Sequence record: SRR31156797_4116
Direction: 5' to 3' (one strand)
Length of the DNA stretch: 41,455 nucleotides
A model generated the notes under the pieces. The model searched no databases. It was given only the letters and a program-made list of their open reading frames with translations, and was not told where the DNA came from. Positions 36,831 to 41,455 of this stretch are shown in pieces (the stretch's first letter is position 1; every line of letters starts with the position of its first letter). Made by a program: the position numbers and the translations under genes.

Positions 36831-37732
36831 CCAAAGAGACCCCGTGGTCTGAACACGACGATGAGAAAATACGCCACATAGACCCACATGTACTTAAAGG
36901 ACGTCATGGGGACATCCATCATCCATTCGGCATCAAAGGTGTAGGTGAAAAAATCCCAGAACCCGGGGATTTCCGTAATGAGACCCACCACGAGCCCCGC
37001 GAAAAAAGCGCCCGGGATACTCCCGAACCCCCCCAGGGCCACAATGGCAAAGGCGATCATGGTGAAGAGCAGCCCGATGAAAGGATTCACCGACCAGAAA
37101 TTAACGAGAAGTGCACCTGCAATGGTGACCGATGCCCCCCCCACACCCCATGCCAGGGCGTTCATCCGCTCCGTGGGAATCCCCATGTAACGCGCCCCTT
37201 GGGCATCCAGCGCCGTGGCGGTCAGAGCCTTCCCCACACGGGTCCGGTTCATGATCAGCCATACGGCAAAAAAGGCGGCCACGGATAATCCCGCGGCCGC
37301 CAGTTTAGTGGCCGGAACGATGATGCCCATACCCATGTCAAAACTTTTGCCCACCAGGAGACCGGTATGCACGGCACGGTCCTCGGAACCGAAAATGAGC
37401 AGCGCCAGGTTTCGCAAAAACAGCATGAGCCCGAAGGTCCCCAGCAGTTGAGCCACCATGGGGCCTCTTAAAACAAATTTAATGAACCCGAAGTAGCAGA
37501 TAATCCCCAGAAGGAATCCCACCAGTGCCGCCGCAGGCAGGGTGAAGAGCGGATCGATCCCCAACCCCTGGGCCGTCAGGAGACCCGTATACATGCCGAT
37601 CATCAAAAATTCGCCGTGGGCGAAATTGACAATGTCCATCACCCCGAAAATGATGGTCAAACCCAAAGCCACCAGGGCCAAAATCATGCCGATGAGCAAC
37701 CCGGCAAAGAGGGAGCCGACAAGGATGTCCAT
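36818..37732 (-). CDS. livH: HAAT ABC transporter permease
   Basis: ALGLTIIFGVMDIVNFAHGEFLM, LGGFGSIPGA, FRPRGLFG. Confidence 0.93.
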   Translation of the reverse strand: MDILVGSLFAGLLIGMILALVALGLTIIFGVMDIVNFAHGEFLMIGMYTGLLTAQGLGIDPLFTLPAAALVGFLLGIICYFGFIKFVLRGPMVAQLLGTFGLMLFLRNLALLIFGSEDRAVHTGLLVGKSFDMGMGIIVPATKLAAAGLSVAAFFAVWLIMNRTRVGKALTATALDAQGARYMGIPTERMNALAWGVGGASVTIAGALLVNFWSVNPFIGLLFTMIAFAIVALGGFGSIPGAFFAGLVVGLITEIPGFWDFFTYTFDAEWMMDVPMTSFKYMWVYVAYFLIVVFRPRGLFGWKQ

Positions 37733-37742
37733 TATGATATCT

Positions 37743-37826
37743 GCTATTAGCTGTTAGCTGTTAGCCGTTAGCTGATAAATTCCGCTGTATGGTACAGCTA
37801 ATTGCTAACGGCTAACAGCTAATGGC
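37743..37826. repeat. Heptamer-repeat (GTTAGCY) inverted repeat forming a long stem-loop
   Basis: Left arm GCTATTAGCTGTTAGCTGTTAGCCGTTAGCTG; right arm CAGCTAATTGCTAACGGCTAACAGCTAATGGC. Confidence 0.8.
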
Positions 37827-37831
37827 TTTTT

Positions 37832-39145
37832 TTAAAATCCGGCAAAGGGGAAGATCATATCCGCTGAGGAAACATCAAAGGGGTAAACGATTTCCAGATC
37901 AATTTTCCCCTCTTTGTTTTTCTGGTACTGGCCGATGAGGCCGCTTCCCAGAATGTTCTGACCCATTTCATTTCCAGTGGTGGCGAACTTGATCCCCTGC
38001 CAGGGAACCACCAACTCCTTACCGGGGATATAAATGGCATTGGCCGCCGCCTGGATATGGGCCGGTTTTTTGGAACCGGCTTTTTCCAGAACCGCCACCC
38101 AGGTTTGAAGACCCGTAAAGGCACGGGCGGAAGCGCCGCCCAGGTCGTTGCCGGTCTTCTTTTTGTACATGTCATTCACTTGCCCTGCCAGTTTCTTGAT
38201 CTCCACCACCTTGGGCAGAAATACGGTTCGCGTGAGTATCCCCGAGATGCTGTCCCCCAGGGTCTGGCGAAATTCCGGCTTTTCAAAACCCGCATCCTGG
38301 CCCCAGATAACTTTGGGTCGCGCCTTTTGGGCCTTCAAGGTTTTGACCATTAAAATAGCGTCCGATGTGTAAGAGGCAAACAGCATCACATCCGCCCTGG
38401 AGGACTTCAAAGACCGTACCTCGCTGGAAAGATCCGCGGACTTGGCCGCATACAGGAGTGATTTCCTGAGTTTAAATCCATACTCCTTACTGAAATCCTT
38501 GATCAGTTCAGACACATGGCTTCCCCATTCGGTTTTTTCGCAGGCGGATGCCACAGTGATGATGGCCTTTTTGGGAACGGCCTTAACCCCTTTTACCTTT
38601 CCTTCGGTGAGGCCCACCAGCAGTTCAAAAAGATCCTTGGTAAACCATTTATCATGGGGGGTGGTGCGCCAGAACCATTTAAAGCCCCTTTCGGTGAGGG
38701 CCGGTGAGGTGGAAGAACCATTGATCATGGGAATGCCGTACTGCTCGCATACGGCGCTGACCGTCTTGGTGACCGAACTGAAATAACACCCCAGAATACC
38801 ATCCACCTTGTCGTCCAGAATCAGCTTCTTGGCCTGGTCCGCACCCAGGGTTGGATTCCCCTCATGATCCTTGAAAATGAGCTTGATTTTGGCACCCCCA
38901 AGGCTCTTGACACCACTGTTTTGCGCCATGGTCATGGGCAGATCGGCCATCTTGTTATTGGCGATCTCGGCCGCCAGCTCGGCGCCGGCCCGGAGTTCAC
39001 GACCGGCGGCCGCGGCACCACCGGTCAGCGGGTATATGACGCCGATCTTGATCTCTTCAACGGCCCATGCACCGCCAGGCGCCAGAAAGATCACCATCAA
39101 CATTACGGAAAAAACGGAAAAACAGGATTTGACCAATGCTTTCAT
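37832..39145 (-). CDS. livK: HAAT ABC transporter periplasmic substrate-binding protein
   Basis: Signal peptide ending AWA, IKIGVIYPLTG, GCYFSSVT, LTERGFKWFWRTTP. Confidence 0.88.
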   Translation of the reverse strand: MKALVKSCFSVFSVMLMVIFLAPGGAWAVEEIKIGVIYPLTGGAAAAGRELRAGAELAAEIANNKMADLPMTMAQNSGVKSLGGAKIKLIFKDHEGNPTLGADQAKKLILDDKVDGILGCYFSSVTKTVSAVCEQYGIPMINGSSTSPALTERGFKWFWRTTPHDKWFTKDLFELLVGLTEGKVKGVKAVPKKAIITVASACEKTEWGSHVSELIKDFSKEYGFKLRKSLLYAAKSADLSSEVRSLKSSRADVMLFASYTSDAILMVKTLKAQKARPKVIWGQDAGFEKPEFRQTLGDSISGILTRTVFLPKVVEIKKLAGQVNDMYKKKTGNDLGGASARAFTGLQTWVAVLEKAGSKKPAHIQAAANAIYIPGKELVVPWQGIKFATTGNEMGQNILGSGLIGQYQKNKEGKIDLEIVYPFDVSSADMIFPFAGF

Positions 39146-39200
39146 TTGTTGATACCTCCTTTTAGTTGGGGCGGAAGCCCATGGTTTGTGATTAATCAGG

Positions 39201-39989
39201 TTAAAGCAGTGTCAGGGTTTCATCCCTCTGATCCGAAATAAACATGTGCCCCGGTGCATGGGTGATGATCAGGGGCAGATCCGCTGAAACGGCGGCCAGG
39301 GTGGTGGTCACCCCACAGGCCCAGAATACGGGAATTTCATCGGGAAGGATGGTCACCGGATCTCCGAAATCGGGTTTATCAATGTCGTCAATGCCGATTT
39401 CCTCCGGGAAACCCATATGTACGGGCGCCCCGTGGGTCTGATTAAACCGCGTGGTGACCTGTATGGCGCGTATGGCCTCCTCCCGTTTCATGGGCCGCAT
39501 ACTCACCACCAGGGGAGAACTGAAAGGCCCGGCGGGAATGCAGAGGCGATTGGTAATATACATGGAAACATTACAGTCTTCCTCAAGATTCCTGACGGGA
39601 ACCCCGGCACTCAAAAGCGCACTTTCAAAAGAGAAGCTGCAGCCAAAAAGGAAGCTGACCAAGTCGTTTCGAACAAAGTTGCCCACCTCAAAGGCGTCTT
39701 CCTTGAATTCACCATTTTCGTAAATTTTGTACCGGGGAAGATCGGTCCGAAGATCAGCACCCGGTGCAATTTTCGGTTCCCACGCCCCCGGCTCCAGCAC
39801 ATCCAGAACGGGGCAGGGTTTTGGATTTCGAATGCAGAAAAGCAGGAAAGAAAAGGCTTCCGCCTTCGGAAGCATGACGAGGTTGGCTTGAACATATCCG
39901 GGGGCAAGACCGGTGGTGGGAATCTGCCATCGGCCCTTCCGAATCAGTTCCCTTACATGGCGAGGTAAACGCATCTCATTTTTTGACAT
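39201..39989 (-). CDS. DUF1445 / YcsI putative hydro-lyase (D-glutamate cyclase family)
   Basis: GYVQANL, RNPKPCP, DLRTDLPRY, GCSFSFE, HGAPVH, VFWACGVT, THAPGHM. Confidence 0.9.
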   Translation of the reverse strand: MSKNEMRLPRHVRELIRKGRWQIPTTGLAPGYVQANLVMLPKAEAFSFLLFCIRNPKPCPVLDVLEPGAWEPKIAPGADLRTDLPRYKIYENGEFKEDAFEVGNFVRNDLVSFLFGCSFSFESALLSAGVPVRNLEEDCNVSMYITNRLCIPAGPFSSPLVVSMRPMKREEAIRAIQVTTRFNQTHGAPVHMGFPEEIGIDDIDKPDFGDPVTILPDEIPVFWACGVTTTLAAVSADLPLIITHAPGHMFISDQRDETLTLL

Positions 39990-40099
39990 TTATTCAACCT
40001 CCTCCTTTATCTTACCATATTTCCTTAATAAATCTAGCTTTTTTCTCAGGTTTCCGCATGGAATCCATATCCCCATGCCAGGGAAATCCAAAGTGGGTC

Positions 40100-40129
40100 T
40101 TGACAGCCAAATCATTGTCCACATATAAT
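40100..40129 (+). promoter_or_regulatory. Consensus sigma-70 promoter
   Basis: TTGACA 40100-40105, 18-nt spacer, TATAAT 40124-40129. Confidence 0.7.
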
Positions 40130-40139
40130 GGGTAACATT

Positions 40140-40691
40140 ATGGCTATTTCACTATTGAGCAAAGAAAATACAGGTCTCGTCATTGTGGACATGCAGGAAA
40201 AGCTCATGGGCGTCATGGGCCGGCGGGAACGCGTGGTCGACAGGGTATCTAAACTCCTTGACTTGGCCCGGGTCTTCCAATTGCCCGTCATCTTAACCGA
40301 GCAAAATCCCAAACATCTGGGGTCCACCCTGCCGGCGATCCGGGAATTCCTGCCCGCTTACGAACCCATCGAAAAGCTCCATTTCAACTGTTGTGACGTA
40401 GATGCCTTTAATGACATGGTCGAAAAAAAGGGGCTTCGAAATATTATCCTCACAGGGGTTGAAACCCATATCTGCGTATTCCAGACATGTGTCTCTCTTC
40501 TGGACAGAGGTTACAGGGTTCATGTTCCCCATCACGCCGTCGACTCCCGAACGGAAAGCAACCGGCATATGGGCCTGTCGCTCATGCAGAAAGCCGGCGC
40601 CACCATCACCTCCACCGAGACAATCATCTTTCAAATCCTCAAAAAGGCCGGCACATCGGAATTTAAAACGCTTCTAAAAATCATCAAATGA
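40140..40691 (+). CDS. Isochorismatase-like (YcaC-related) hydrolase
   Basis: IVDMQEKL, TEQNPKHLG, GVETHICVFQT, VDSR; ATG 40128 overlaps the -10, so 40140 is preferred. Confidence 0.9.
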   Translation: MAISLLSKENTGLVIVDMQEKLMGVMGRRERVVDRVSKLLDLARVFQLPVILTEQNPKHLGSTLPAIREFLPAYEPIEKLHFNCCDVDAFNDMVEKKGLRNIILTGVETHICVFQTCVSLLDRGYRVHVPHHAVDSRTESNRHMGLSLMQKAGATITSTETIIFQILKKAGTSEFKTLLKIIK

Positions 40692-40802
40692 CCTTTTCCG
40701 GCCTGAAGTAAAAGCTGAATCCCATCTAAAATTTCACTCCAAAAAAGCAGCAAACCCTTCGAATAAATCCCATGGCTTTTCATAATACGCCAAATTTTTT
40801 CC

Positions 40803-40831
40803 TTGACGCGTAGTTACGATACAGCTATATT
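40803..40831 (+). promoter_or_regulatory. Candidate sigma-70 promoter for bamB
   Basis: TTGACG 40803-40808, 17-nt spacer, TATATT 40826-40831. Confidence 0.6.
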
Positions 40832-40951
40832 GTAGTCATTTCAGACCGAGCATCCTGAGAAACCGTTTCATGTTTAAAGGTATTTTCCGGTTCAGCATTA
40901 ATAGCTTATGAATCCACGGTACGGATTCAGGTAATTTAGAAGGGGAAAAAA

Positions 40952-41455
40952 ATGAGGTACGCAGAAACTGGGTTTAATTTAGAAATTGATCTATCCCGAG
41001 GAAGCATTGAGAGGGTAGCAACCGACCCTAAAGACACCGCGCTTTATCTGGGGGGTCTCGGAACGAACGCAAAAATTTTGTGGGATAGGGTTCCCCCTGA
41101 AGTTGAACCTTTTTCTCCCGAAAATCTACTCATATTCAGTGCCGGTCTCTTGTGCGGCACACCGGCGACGGGTTGTAACCGTACCATTGTATCCACCATT
41201 TCTCCTCAGACGAAACTCATGGCATTTTCCATGATGGGAGGTTTTTTTGCGCCGGAATTGAAATACGCCGGTTATGACAAAATAGTCCTTAGCGGCAAAT
41301 CCCCCGATCTGGTTTATCTGTGGATAAAGGATGACAAAGTTGAAATTCGGGATGCCTCCCACCTGCATGGCAAAGGGTCCGTTGAAACGGCTGAGATTCT
41401 CAGAGAGGAACTAAACGAACCGAAAGCCCAGGTGGCGGCCATCGGCCTGGCCGGT
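40952..41455 (+). CDS. bamB: Tungsten-containing AOR-family protein, class II benzoyl-CoA reductase subunit BamB-like (5' part, runs off the window)
   Basis: Not in the ORF track; manual translation gives MRYAETGFNLEIDLSRGSIERVATDPKDTALYLGGLGTNAKILWDRVPPEVEPFSPENLLIFSAGLLCGTPATGCNRT...ELKYAGYDK...AAIGLAG, matching the BamB N-terminus as I recall it. Confidence 0.85.
   Translation, partial: MRYAETGFNLEIDLSRGSIERVATDPKDTALYLGGLGTNAKILWDRVPPEVEPFSPENLLIFSAGLLCGTPATGCNRTIVSTISPQTKLMAFSMMGGFFAPELKYAGYDKIVLSGKSPDLVYLWIKDDKVEIRDASHLHGKGSVETAEILREELNEPKAQVAAIGLAG

Noticed and set aside
37743-37826. CRISPR array
   Set aside because: The units are 7-nt tandem repeats without spacers, and no cas genes are present in the window.
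40050-40085. Sigma-54 promoter for the DUF1445-liv operon (minus strand TGGCATG)
   Set aside because: There is no GC at the required -12 spacing.
41126-41368. 80-aa minus-strand ORF
   Set aside because: It is an antisense shadow of the bamB-like reading frame.

Overview
Gene-dense chromosomal window, most likely from an anaerobic Desulfobacterota-type (deltaproteobacterial) bacterium. This is inferred from gene content, including a class II benzoyl-CoA reductase BamB-like gene at the right edge. From left to right it holds: a two-component pair plus a putative porin; a minus-strand operon (zinc-ribbon protein, queD, kdsB, recJ); a PAS-PAS-GAF-GAF histidine kinase; a SprT/DUF2786 pair; an ion-transport region (Ca2+/H+ exchanger, ClC); a ferrosome (fez)-like cluster at about 14.9-22.6 kb; DUF1345, MFS and DAC-like genes; a REP doublet; a reduced arsR-arsP-ccdA unit; a corrinoid protein-methyltransferase-RACo-hybrid kinase operon; a liv-type ABC importer with a DUF1445 enzyme; an isochorismatase; and the 5' part of bamB. 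The fez-like cluster is the best candidate for an undescribed system. It encodes a non-CPC P1B-type ATPase (DFGTG in place of CPC), three paralogous GxxGG/DLxAESKxE small membrane proteins and four Cys-pair-free HMA-like domains (HxxxGRxR). It also has components I do not know from described fez clusters: an HMA-like domain fused to the sigma-54 RpoN-box DNA-binding domain, two degenerate PilT-like ATPases and an HMA-YbaN fusion. All calls come from reading motifs; no database searches were run.
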